Of a stretch of 64,000 nucleotides of DNA, positions 21,961 through 34,600 are shown one piece after another (the stretch's first letter is position 1; each line of letters begins with the position of its first letter). Under the pieces are notes generated by a model that was not told the DNA's origin, did not search any database, and worked only from the letters and a program-made list of their open reading frames with translations. The stretch is taken from contig OZ316892.1 of assembly GCA_973895155.1 (NCBI GenBank), forward strand, positions 124,001 to 188,000, read 5' to 3'. The position numbers and the translations under genes are program-made. This DNA comes from Marsupella aquatica. Taxonomy: Eukaryota > Plantae > Marchantiophyta.

Positions 21961-24900
21961 ATGGATAATGAAATGTATATAGCTTCATGGAATGTCTGTG
22001 GTCTGTGCGAATCGAACAGGAAACATGTGGTGAAAAATTGGATTATTTCGCTCAAGACCACATTGACTGCTTTAGCTTTACAAGAGGTTAAAGCTAATAG
22101 TTTTAGACTAGGTCTAGTGCTTTGGTTGATTCTACCTTCCTATCAATATTTATCTGCTGAGCCAGATGACGGACGCGGGGGTACTTCGTTACTTATTCAC
22201 CCCTCTCTTTCTATCACTCAATCTGGAGTAGTAGACAAAGGCCGCGCTGTGTGGGTGCGTGTTTCTCACCCTTTGGGAAACTTTGGTCTAGTAAGTGTGT
22301 ATGCACCTAATCTCCCTCGAGACCGTGCTCTACTGTGGCATGAACTCAAAATATCCCTTCCTCACGACAATTGGATTATCTGTGGGGATTTCAATATGAC
22401 TGAAAGCAGAAATGATTCGTCTGGTTCATCGCCACTGATCAGAGGAAGGGAGGCAGAATTTTGGAGGTTTTTTAAAATGAGACTTGATTTGGAGGATGCT
22501 ATTGGTGTTACTCGGAGCTTTCGTGGCGCAAACTTCACTTGGCGACGGAAAATTAATGGGTCTGTGGTGCAGTCTAGACTTGACCGATTTTACCTTAGTG
22601 GAAAAAGCTGGTGGACAGATTCGGTTGTAGAACTTTGTCACGAAGGAGGATCTGCACTTTCGGATCACGATCCTATTGTTCGTCACTTCCGTCTTTCTAA
22701 TGTGGAGTCGAGAACGACCTCACACAAATCCTCCTACTTCAAGGCCAATGTGGGGCTGCTCAGAGTTGAAGGCTGTTTGGAAAAACTTTGCGGTGCATGG
22801 GAGGTGCTAGAAGATCGGGTGGTGGATCCTCACCTTCATTTTTATCTGGCTAGTTTAAGGCTGCGGGAAAAATACAAGGAATTACAATCTGCACCACTTG
22901 CCCGAGAGGTGGAAATCTCTCTCTTGAGGAATCGTCTGCGAACACTTAAGGTAGCCCTTATTAGTTCACTATCTGAATCAGACATCGCTGATTTTGCTAC
23001 TGTGGACGATCAGGTAAGAATAGCTGAATATGAAGAGGCACAAATGGGCAGGAGACTCTCACGGATCAAATGGCTGGGGCAGGGAGATGAACCATCTAAG
23101 TTCTACTTTTCTACAGTCAAGGCTAAAAGACTCAGAGAAAACATGTCTGTGCTACTTCTTGATAATGGCGACATACTAACTCAAGAGGATAGTATTATGA
23201 AAGAAGTAGAAAAACAATACTATGCTCTTTACGAGGCGCCGGAGGATTTGGCTTTTAGTACTTCGTTTGAAGTCAGAGAAGCTAGACGCAAACTCTTTGC
23301 TAACACTGGTAAGTCGCTTGCGGCAGCTGAAATTAGGCAACTGGAATCCCCCCCATCGATGGAGGAGATTCGTTCTACTCTTTGGTTACTTCCGGCTGAC
23401 AAAGCACCGGGACCATTGCCGAAGTGTACAGATCCTGTTGGCACTTTATGAAAGAAGACATTTATGAGATGATTCTGGATTTCTAGAGAACAGGAAAATT
23501 TTTGGCTAACATGAAGGAAGGTGTGATCAAATTGATCCCGAAGAAACTCGATAAAAGATGTTTGAAGGACTGGCGCCCTCTTACTATGCTCAATACCATC
23601 TACAAGGTTGTGGCTAAGATCTTGGCTTTACGCCTTAAACCACTTCTACACAAGCTTATTAGTCCTCAGCAAACCGGATTCATTCCGGGCAGGCACATTT
23701 TAGAAAACATCTCGGTTGCCTGGCTGACTGTCGACTGGATACGAGCTAACAAGAAAAGCTCTCTTTTTCTTATTTTGGACTTTGAGAAGGCCTTCGACAG
23801 AGTCTGCCACTCCTACATCTGGGAAGCTATGCATTTGCTTGGACTCGGTAGTCACTACATTAGTTTAGTGAGATCCTTACTCACTGGCGCGGGCTCCAGG
23901 GTTCATTTGAATGGCATGTTCTCGAAGGAAATCCAGTTGCTCCGTGGTGGTCAAGTGCAAGCTAGAGGGGTACTGAAAGAATCTCCATTTTCTCCACCAA
24001 AAGGACATAGGTCCTTGGTAAAAGCAATCACTAGAGGACAAAAAGACCAAAATGTTACATGGAATGGCAGGGATTGTTTTGGTGAGATTGAAAGGTTAGA
24101 TCATGCATGCCAAATGTTTGGAAGTGTGTCCAAATGTTTGGGAATTCTAGAAGTGTGCCCAATCTTTTTGGAAGTGTGCACAACATTGTTGGCAGTGCCC
24201 CCAATCGTTTGGAAGTGTGCCCAACCTTTTTGGGAGTGTGCTCAACTAAATCTTAATGACATTTCTAGTCCTTCCCCTCTCCTTTTTGAGCTAGTCCTTG
24301 GGGACTCCTTTGGTACCCCTCTAGCTTGCACTTGACCTGGTGTCCGTCAAGGTTGCCCGTTATCTCCTCTTTTATTTGCGATTGCTACTCAACCTCTCAT
24401 GGACTATCTGGATCAGGAGATTCTGCATGGACGACTGAGAGGTATTCAAATCTCTGAGGCCCTCATGATCTGTTACAGATTATTTGCAGATGATCTTGGA
24501 TTGTTCATTCCTGCATCTGAAGAAGATTTCAATAAGTTCACGGAAGCAATTGCTTGTTACAAACTTGCATCTGGTGCTCGGCTCAACTTACGTAAGTAAA
24601 CTGTCATTTCACTTGCGTTGGAGGAGATTCCGGAATGGTTGGTTAACACTGGTTGCAAGATCAGCGGGAAAGGGGAAATTCAGAGATACCTTGGTGCGCC
24701 TATGGGATGGGACCTTTCTTCCTCGCAACTCCACACCTTCTGTCTTGACAAGATTAGTTCTCGACTTTCTGCTTGGGCCACCCGTTTTCTTTCTTTCACA
24801 GGACGCACTATTCTTGTTAAGCATATATTGCAAGCTATTCCTATCTATCATATGATGTTCCTCAGAAGCTCCAACTCTTTGGCTAAGACTTTGGTGGCTC

Positions 24901-26123
24901 TCTGCCGTGACTTCCTTTGGGGATATAATGAGAATGGTGGACAGAAAATTCCCCTGGTAGCGTGGAAGACGATGGCACGGCCTAAGGTGGACGGTGGCCT
25001 TGGGTTTAAGGACTTTCGCAGTCACTCTGACGCTTTACTCTGTCAATGGTTCACCCGTGCTCTGGATTCGCAAGTCTCTGAATGGGCTAGGCTTTTTGGG
25101 GAAAATTTGAGATTGGCAAAATGGAGGAATGCTAAGCGCATAAGGAGAAATAGATACTCTCTCTTTGATCGACTATTGCTCTGTTACCCTGGTTCTTTTG
25201 GTTGTCTCTTTTACACGGGTAGTTTGTGGAAGGCTTGGGAGTCTCTTCGGCTGCACCTTATACTCTCACCGGGCGTTTTTGGCGTGGCATGCTGGTGGAG
25301 CGTGGAGGATGTTGTGAGATGCCTGGAAGGTTTTCAGCACCTACAGGATGACATGATTTGCTCCATTATCAAGATGTGCGGGAGGATTGGAGAAGGACGA
25401 TGTCGGATTTAAATGGTTCTCATGACTCAGTTGTTCGAACCTTTTCTACTAAAATTGCAAGAATACGTGGTGCTGACGTTGCAACGAGAGAGCTTTGTTT
25501 AGCATTCGTGGACAAAATCAAAGGTATTGTGGATTGCTTTGGAGATCTCCAAGTTCGTGCCACCCAATGGTGTTGGTCTAACAAATGTGAACGGTTGAAG
25601 AGCTTCACCCTGTCCAATGCACGTATGTATCAGCTGATTCGACCCAAAGGCTCTGATTCTCTCAAGCTCAACGGGATTTGGAGCATTTCTTTTTTTGACC
25701 TCGAATGGAAAAATTTCTGGAATGCTCTATGGTCATCTGATTTACCGTTAAAAGGCCGCTTATTCCTTTGGAGATTAGCTGCTCAAGGGTTATTCACTGG
25801 AACACGAGCTAGAAAGATTGGTAAAGGAGATGGAAGTTGCCTACTGTGCACCAATGTTCTTGAAACAATTCCTCATCTTTTCTTCACATGTCCCTTCGCT
25901 AAGAGGTGCTGGCAGCTAGCTGGGTGGATTTTTCCGGGAGCCACTTCTTGGAGACATTTGAATTTATTCTCTGTCTTGGAAGTCACTGGATGCACCAAAA
26001 TTGAGAGAACCATTCGGGTTTTGTGGTTTACCACGTGCTATGGACTCTCTGGTTGGCACGGAATGAGCAGCTTTTTAATCGTGTCAACAGTAGAAGATTT
26101 AATTTGAATCTACTCCTTTCAGA
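21961..26123 (+). pseudogene. LINE ORF2 (APE endonuclease, RT, zf-RVT), disrupted; tail at 39449-39618
   Basis: SWNVCG, LQE, GDFN, SRLDR, SDHDP; KAPGP, WRPL, LDFEKAFD, RG/VRQGCPLSP, LFADD; CLLC..ETIPHLFFTC. Several stops and frameshifts. Confidence 0.92.
23949..24337. mobile_element. 389-bp MITE with 25-bp perfect TIRs and 4-bp TSD
   Basis: GGTCAAGTGCAAGCTAGAGGGGTAC at 23949 and its reverse complement ending at 24337; TSD TGGT (23945-23948, 24338-24341); splits the RT motif RG|VRQGCP; internal GGAAGTGTGCCCAA-like repeats. Confidence 0.9.
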
Positions 26124-26828
26124 GGGTATGATAGCCATGACAGAAAACAGAAAACCTGTTACCAGGGGTTTATTTTCTGTTAACAGGGAAATTGTACCTG
26201 TTCCCAGTAAGCTTGTCCCTGTTACCAGTTTTGCCTGAACCATAACGTGCATATCCACCTCTCTAAGGTGCATATCCACCACTCTAATGGCATAATTTTT
26301 TGGGGGGCAATAAAGTTTAAAACAAACAATTATTTTGTGCCATCCGATGGATGAAGTGTACTATCAATCCTCCATTGACACAACCATTTATTGTAGAAGA
26401 TAAAAAACATGGTATTAGGAGTGTGCCTAAAGAAACATTCATGCAAATCAATCTATTTTCATCGCCAAATAGTGACCCTTAGAGTGGGACCCACCATAGC
26501 ACATGTCAATCGTGGAGTCCAAATCAACCCAATCTAAAGGAGTTGATTAAATGGACCTTGTAACGTCACAAACAAATGACAAATCACATCCTCGAGGCTT
26601 TGAAGACAGTAGACAATTTAATCAACTTACACATTTTAAATAAAACAAGAGGTCATTCTTCCACAATGCACGTACATAATGAAGCAATGAATATCCGGTT
26701 TCCTAGAACCAGCGCCCGACGCTAACCAACAAAGTCTCAATAAACAACTAAAATATCCGTTGGAAAAAGACAAAATAGGGAATAACCGTTATATTGAACG
26801 ACGACCTATTGGGCAGTTTCGATCTCTC

Positions 26829-29800
26829 TCATAAGCCATTCAAGTTCTGCCTCTCCAGCACAAGCCTGACTTTGCCTAAAGTCAAAATAGGTTGGCTACA
26901 AAGAGTCGACTCCTCAATCTCAAGTTTGAAAACATTTATGTACACCCAGTATAGATGTTTGCAAGGCATGTACGACTTGCCACGCGAATGTCGGAGGAAG
27001 AAGTCTTCACAAGAGCAAGCGGGGAAGATACAGATTTGGACGAAGTATGTGCTTGGTGATCGATGGTTCTCATGGGTTCGAATTCAAAATTGCTTTCCAA
27101 AAGCATTTCCAGTCTGAACATTCCATTCCCCATCCAAACTCATCACTTCTTGTCGTGCAGACTCCATTTGCTTCGTGTGACCCACAGTGAGATTAGACCG
27201 AGGCCTTGAGTTCCTCCCATTCCGACTACCAAGTTGGAGATTCGGCTCCAAAAACCTTATTGTTTCTGGTAACATGTTAACATTTATCCTGAGGTCAAAA
27301 TCAGATGGCGCAGATCGACTCAATCCTGTTGTTCGCGCTAAGACAAGTCCTTGCTCTTCCAGGAATGTAATTTCAGAAGGAGACAGGCTCGTACCCTTCA
27401 AAATAGGCAAAATGTCAGGAAAAGGAGGAAGCTTCTGAACACCACGACGCGGATGACTCTTGTAACATGCTTGGTTCGGGCAAAACCAAATCATTTCGGA
27501 GATGGGTTCGCCCCTGAAGAGACAATGGCCCTTCACGACAATTCCGACAACACCTTCAGATGAATGGAAGCCAACCTTCTTGATACGATTTCGACACTCA
27601 TCGCGATCCGAACTCCCATTCAGTGTACCATTGCATTGTGGACCTGCTCCATACTTCGATGTCCGTCGCAACTGCCACTGCCCCGGAGGGACATCCTTCT
27701 CTAGCACAATCGTGCGTGGAAGTTGATTCTGAAGTGTTGTTGGGGCACTGAGTGGAGGTTTTGAGGATCTTGTTGTTCGGGTTGTTTGAGGAGTATAGTC
27801 CAGTGAATCAGTATCACTCTCTGATGTGACCATACCTGAGAGATTCACCGCCTTTGTGACAGGATGATCAGAACTTGAGGGAATAGAAGAAAAGTCAGTT
27901 CTGTTCAGGTTCTTCCTTTTCAAACCACGAGTATTTGGTGTGGTTATTAGAACGGTGTCATGCCGATGGGAATCTTGTGGAGAGACAGTCCCAGTTGCAT
28001 GTCCCTTTTTCTTCATTGACTTCGTCATTATATCTCCATTCAGGGGAGTACTTCTTTCCAAATCGAATTCTGTTGCGTTAGATAGAAGCATATTAGTCGC
28101 TTCTTCAAACAATCTTGGCGAACCTGCTTGATCGGCGGAACGGAATGCCAATTCCCATATAGTTGGCCCCTTCCCCTGGTTCAAGCCTTTACGGTATGCA
28201 CTGTATCCGGCAACTTGAGATAGAGCACGGTTTTGGTCAACTTCGCAAGCTTCATAAAGACCGACCTTTTTCTTTGTAGCCGAGGCTTTCATGGACGCAT
28301 GCCTTGATTCTGACCCTGTATAGTTGGGGATCAAGGCACCTTCCTCAGCGCTTTTGCTCTGCCATACGAAAATGTCAACCGTAAGTAGTATTCTATTACC
28401 AGCGCCCGGCGCTGGCAACATAAATATGTAGAACAGGCCTGAAATACAATTTCAATGTTTAATACTGAATTCTAACTACATATTGGCTTCAATTTCTTGT
28501 ACTACTTGTTTTGACGTGTATGGAGAAAATAACCAGCGCCTGGCGCTAATATGAAGTTGATGAACATTACAGTCTAGATAGATGGATGCCTTACCACTCG
28601 AATAAAATTGCCCCACTGGCGCCAGCGAACAACCCACCAAGATATCCAGCTTTGCAGCATCTTCAGCTTTCCGGGGACACAGTTTCCTGATTGCCACCAC
28701 ACAACAATCTCTCGGGACACCCGGTATGCTGCCACAAATGATGGAGCATTTCTCAGTTTCTCCCAAAGTCTCCGATGCTCCGATTGACATTCTTCCAGTA
28801 CTCCTTCCTTGGAATGACGATGAAAAGATTGATAAAAGTGAAATGCATCAGAGCGCTCCCTCTCCGGGTCCGGGTGTCCACCAAAAAAAACATTTCGCAC
28901 TGCATTCCATCCAGCTTGTGCATTGTCGGCCATAAATCCTTAGATGACAACCTCCTGAAGTTCATTTTCTTTGAAAACCTCAATCATCACCCTCCATGCC
29001 TTTTCGAAGGACTCAGTGTCTTCACCTTTCAACTCGCATGTGAAAATTGTACACAGTGCACGGAAATTGTGGTCGTAGACGTGTGCGCTGAAAGTAAACC
29101 AATCCGTGGTGACATGCTGCATCACATCAAAACTTACCCAGGCTCCTTCGAGTCTTCCACCTGGTTGCATCTGCCTCAAAAGATCCACACCGGAACCGTG
29201 ACCTTTCATGGTCATTTTAAAGATGTGAGGCCTATCGTTCTGACATCCCTGACCTGGAAGCAAATACCTCTGGAGAAACGACACATGAATCCTCCTCTGC
29301 ATTTGCGAGAGAAAATCTAATTCACCCCGACCTTTTTGGTCTATCCTAACGCTCCGACAAAGAGATGCAAACTTCTGCGGAGTGGAAAGGACCATCAGAG
29401 ACTTCCATATTTCAGTTTCTTCGATATCGACCATGTCGTCAACATGTTCGCAGAGAGATTTCACTAAGGATTCTCTGTAGCAGAATTCAAGATCCCTGCC
29501 GGTTTTGACAGAGGATTGGCTTCATGTTTTTTTTTAATTAGATCCTCAGCTATCTTCTCCGCACTCCTACAGAAGGTTTTTCTACCTGGATGGTTGTGCT
29601 CACCTATATGAATTGCCAGGCGGGACATATGACTACATGTTTCCGCATCAAGTAATACTTGGGGGTACATGTAAAACAAACGGGCAGGGCAGTACTTCAC
29701 ACAAAAAGGAATCTGTTCGCAGTAATGACAAACAACAGCTCCCTCTTCGATGAAAGATCCCACAGCATACTGACCACTGAGCTTTGGAGTACCCTGCCAT

Positions 29801-30582
29801 GCCTTAGCATTTGCCTTCTTCTTCCTTTGGAAATAGTCGCAGGACTTGTTCCTGCATTCAATGAATCCCGTACAGGTAACCTTCCCAAACTGCCAAAGGT
29901 TTTTAGGATGAACAGTTGCAGTTGTTGGAAATATGCGTGTCCAAATGTAACAATCTTTGGCACGATCCATGTCCATAAGCCTAGAGCCTTTAGAGAGCAT
30001 CTTATCAATGGGCGGCAACTCAAACACGACGTTACCATTGTACTTAGTTGGCAGACAGGACACTTGTTCATGCCTGAAATCACCCGCTGATATGAACCAT
30101 GACAACTCACTATGACCAGTTGATTTGAGTAATGTATCCATCGCACTGCGCCAGTACACGACCTCCAACTGCTTAGAGCTTCCCGAAGTCTCAGCTTTCA
30201 CGACAGCAGGGAGCGGGCTTTTCTTCTTCGACAGTGGACTTAGAGTACGATCTCCATCCTCACTTGAAGAAATCTCAACCACATCACATGGAACCGGCGG
30301 GAAACTGGACAGTCCTGCATGCTGTCTTAAACAAACCGAGTACGAGATCCCTGCGTAGAGATGCCAAAACCGTTCACCGTCATCGACATTGAACGTTGCA
30401 GCATCCTCGATATCATCAATGGATTCAAGCTCTCGAACAATAGCCTCAATGTCATTCATCTTCAAATCAAATCTCCCGCAGAGATACCTCTCCCGGACCT
30501 GCTTGTACGTATCTTCCATGGGGACGGGGATAGTCACAATATCTTTAGAACCGAATCGAGAAAGAACGATAGACCGAGACAT
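26829..30582 (-). pseudogene. Mutator-like transposase A: GCM/WRKY-like Zn domain, DDE core, Cys-rich linker domain, C-terminal SWIM
   Basis: CTGFIECRNKSC...CHYC...CPA...HIGEHNHP; SFDVM, MADNAQAGWNAVRNVF..DAFH (C/D-x2-H), GSESRH; CSCEDF...PCKHLYWV. Intron 28359-28594; frameshift near 29464; stops at 28940 and 27084. Confidence 0.85.
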
Positions 30583-30860
30583 GGTGAACAAAAACAAAAA
30601 CCGAGGGCTATAGCATTTGAAAGAAGAAAAGTTCATGGTATTGTTCAGCTTATATCTGTCGAACCTGGGAATTTGACGTTAACCGATCCGTTTGTATACG
30701 ACATAAAACATAGACGATGGAGGATCCGTTGGCACCATAAATGATTTTTGTCGTTTTTTCCCCGAGAAGTCCGGATGTCAGACACGAACATATTGCTAAA
30801 AAGATCATCAACCTTACTTAAACAGACCATAAGATATGACAAGGTATTGTCAAATTTTAG

Positions 30861-31283
30861 TAGCGCTTGGCGCTAACTAAAATACGCCACTAAAAATGTG
30901 TCTGAAATCTCAACATTCCAAACTAGCGCCCGACGCTAGTATAGAATAAATTCCCTGAAAATGAACATTATGACCACATACCAGGTGGTAATTGGGAATA
31001 AATGGTGCCTTCAAAGGATGGTTTTGATTGATTATGGATGATAAATGAACATTTATACTAGCACCGGGCGCTAGTATTACATTTGAGAAATATTTCTCCG
31101 TAAACGATGTACTGAAGGATACTTTAATAAAATATGGGGGTGGAAAGGCCAAAATTTATGTCATAGCTCCTTCAAAAAAGACCTCTAAATTTCTTCCAGT
31201 TTATACTAGCGTCGGGCGCTATTATAAGCATACTCTAAATTGTTCACCTTGATGGTCATCATTAATGCTAGCGCCCGGCGCTA
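30861..31283. promoter_or_regulatory. Cluster of five TAGCGCCNGGCGCTA palindromes in the divergent intergenic region of element A
   Basis: Copies at 30861, 30924, 31059, 31207 and 31269; function inferred. Confidence 0.75.
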
Positions 31284-31671
31284 GTATTGATATGATGTTA
31301 GGAAATGTCTTTAATGGTAACATTCAACGGTAACTTATGACTTCCGTGTGTGTTACGCATCTTCTACCGTTTGATTTTGGTAATTAAACCTTTCGTATAC
31401 AGACGTTGGAAACCGCCAAACATCAGAGCTAATGGCTTTCCTCTAGGTTATGTCATCCTCCCGCTAGAATATATTCCACGTTCAGAGATGATTACAGTTC
31501 CATAATTTCATTGTACGATAGTTCGTACGCTTCTAGAAGGAAGACGATGGAGGTATTCCCCTCTTTTTCCAGAGGGTATAGTGCGGTTTCTGACCAGGAG
31601 CGAGCTTATTCTGAATCTTCGCAGTCTTCATTTACTGGTTCTATACACGTCGTGTAACTCGTTCCTCAAAG

Positions 31672-34600
31672 TTGTTGCTGCTCACTTTTGTCAGCGGTGT
31701 TTTGGGTCCAAATCCTTTGCGAAGAAAGATGGACAACGTAGACACAATTGCGATCCAGGATGTTGCGGATTGCGCGCTTGCTGAGACTGATCTCATTTCG
31801 AAATATGTCATGTCTTTTGGAAAGGATTCTCGTGGATTTGACAAGGAGCCGCCTCGAATCCCTCTGTGTCGATTGGTTCACATGGAGGTGGTTCGTACTC
31901 TGCCGAAAGACAGCTCTTCCATCGAGAAGCTGAAAGACTCTTTTCGTAGTATGGGTTACAACTCTTCGATAGGGATGCATTTCTATGTGCAGCCAACGGA
32001 TGAGAACGGAATTGTTCTGACCTGTACCCAGGACATTCGTGATTCATGGGATCCAATATGGCAATTGGAGAACGAGAAGTTTGAGGCTGAATGCGAGGCT
32101 GACCCGGATTTTCTCGTCTTGAAGGATAAGATGTTCTCTGTATTCGATGGAAATCACAGGCTGTACTCCTGGACGCTTGTAACAGAGGAGAACCCGGACA
32201 ATCCAAAATATCATCCTCGTGTGCTCTGTACAATATTTAAAGGAGACAAGGGATCTCTCATTGAAATTGAGGCAGCTATGCACACCGTGAATCAGTAAGT
32301 TCTCATGATTTCCAGTTCTTTCCTTAAATCTTGCGAGTGCTGTATTTACTAGCGCTCGGCGCTGCTTATACATGAATTGTTTTTCATTGACTCTTACTCT
32401 CAACGTTTGTTCGTGTAGGCTTGGCCAAGCAGTTGTAGAGCCTTCCTGGATCCTGGATGCGGACAGAATCAAACAAATTCTGGCACATGACCTTGAGTAT
32501 TACAGTAAACTGATTGACCCGGGTAATTTCAAGAAGTTTGAAAGCATTCAGCTGAAAACTCGGAAGGGGTCATGGTATATGAAGAAGATGCCACAAGAAG
32601 CACTTGTTTACATTCTTTGTGAGAATAAGATAAAGTCGTACTCGCATCAATTCAAACTCGACATGGAGGCAGCGGAGGCTCAAGGGAGTCCATGGTCGGC
32701 GGACGAGATTTCAAAACGGCATGCGGCCATGATGAAAGACGCAACCAAAGATTGGGCAGTGAAGTCTTCAAAAATTACGCCCTTATTAAGTCCTAAATTT
32801 GAAGATTTCCTCAGTACATGTGCAGAAATGTATGCTGTCATAGAGAGAAACAAGAGAGAGAAGAAGCCTGACACCGTTGTATGTACAATGGACCGCACAC
32901 GATTGTTCACCGCTGTTTCTGCTCTAGACCCAAAGTTATGAAGCACTTTACTTGTGGCACATTGCAATCCTGAGCTGCGAAGACAGTTTTTTCACCCAGC
33001 AAGTGTTAACGATGATCCAGTCAAACAGTGGTGCCACACTTGGATCACTTGGAATAGTGTGGAGGGAATTGCTGCTGGCATGTTACATTCATGTCTACGT
33101 GAAGTTGAGCAAACCATGCCCGCGAATAGATTGGAAGAGTGGAATTGTAGTTCGTTTGATGATCTAGTTCAGTTTGTTACAAATGAATTCAAGAGATTTG
33201 GTGATTCCGTGAAGAATAAGTTCTTTCACACTATGTGGCCTTCAAAGTACCCTGACAAAGAAGATTACACCCAGAGAAACCAGAAGCGAGCGAAGAGGTT
33301 TGTGTATAGGTTCTACATGCACATGGAGGTAACCAAACCTGATTACTTCTGGGCATATCCTGCAACTTTTATGAAGTGGATTTCAATAAGTGAAGATGAT
33401 GCCTTGGCTGATTTGTACTCTATGTACCCCACGGAGGGCATATTTCCTCCGAGACCAATGACAAAATGGGAGAGAACTCACTGCCCCTGGTATCTAGATA
33501 CAGATAGATGGGATTCTCCTTTTGATCAAAGGGAAAAAGATGCCTTCCATAAGCTTTCAAAGTCTCAGATGCCAGCAAAACTTGTGTCCGACATGAAGCA
33601 GGGTCTACTTGACGATGTAGACAAGTCTGCCACAAACTTGCAAACTATCTGTGAAACAACTGTTGTGCATGTGGACCGGAGTCGCAAACCTCGCGCGAAA
33701 GCCAAAGCGGAGCTAGCAGCACCGAGCGAGTCTACTAAATCTGGAAAGAAGAGTAAGTATTGCTATCCATGATTTTGCCAGCGCCAGGCGCTGGCAAAAA
33801 ATATTCTGTTGAGGGTATTCTCTTTCTTGGTTATTAGGCTTCGGTTGCGACTTAAGTGAATTGCATTTGGTTAGCGCCAGGCGCTAGCTTCTTTCAATAC
33901 TTTAAAAGTACTTATTCTAACTACGACCTGGTTATATTTTAGGAGGGAGGAAGTCTAATACGGTGGGAACGGGAGATACAAAAAAGGATGCTACACCTGA
34001 AGTTTCCAAGGCAGACACGGGAGCTCGATCGGACCCCATTACTCTAGTCGACAAAGGGAAGGTTATAGTTCCTATCGACGCCACGAGTACCAGGAAGAAA
34101 CAAAAGAGAGCTGTCGAAGGTGGACAATCTTTAAGGGAGAGTGTTACAGCTTCTGGTTTCCAACGTGAAGTTGGAAACTTCAAAACAACTGTGTCTCGCC
34201 ATTGAATGGTTGAGACAAGCCTTTCTGAATTTTTTGACTCGATGTTCAACAAGGAGGAGAAGCCCGAGTGGGTTAGTGATGTGGAGAAATGGGGAAAAGA
34301 CCTCGTTAAGTTGGGATTTAAAGAGAAGGGAGTTGTTCGGGGGGGAAAAGTAAGATCGTTTGGAGTGGATGCCGGCTTCATTTACCTACCGACCGGGTTC
34401 AAACCATCTATCATTGATAAGAAGGTTCCTAAATGGAACATTTCAGATCACTCAATGGCTAGATCTTTTTTCAAATCCATGGATCCATTTTTATTAGATG
34501 ATGGGTTCCTTGTAATTCTACACAATGGGGAGTACGATCCCATGTTGCAAGTCATTGCTGCCTGTCAGGAGTCAAGGAAATTTCAGTGTATATGCTCACA

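Noticed and set aside
23949-24335. Cys-rich C-terminal extension of the RT ORF 23502-24335
   Set aside because: Read-through into the MITE's internal repeats.
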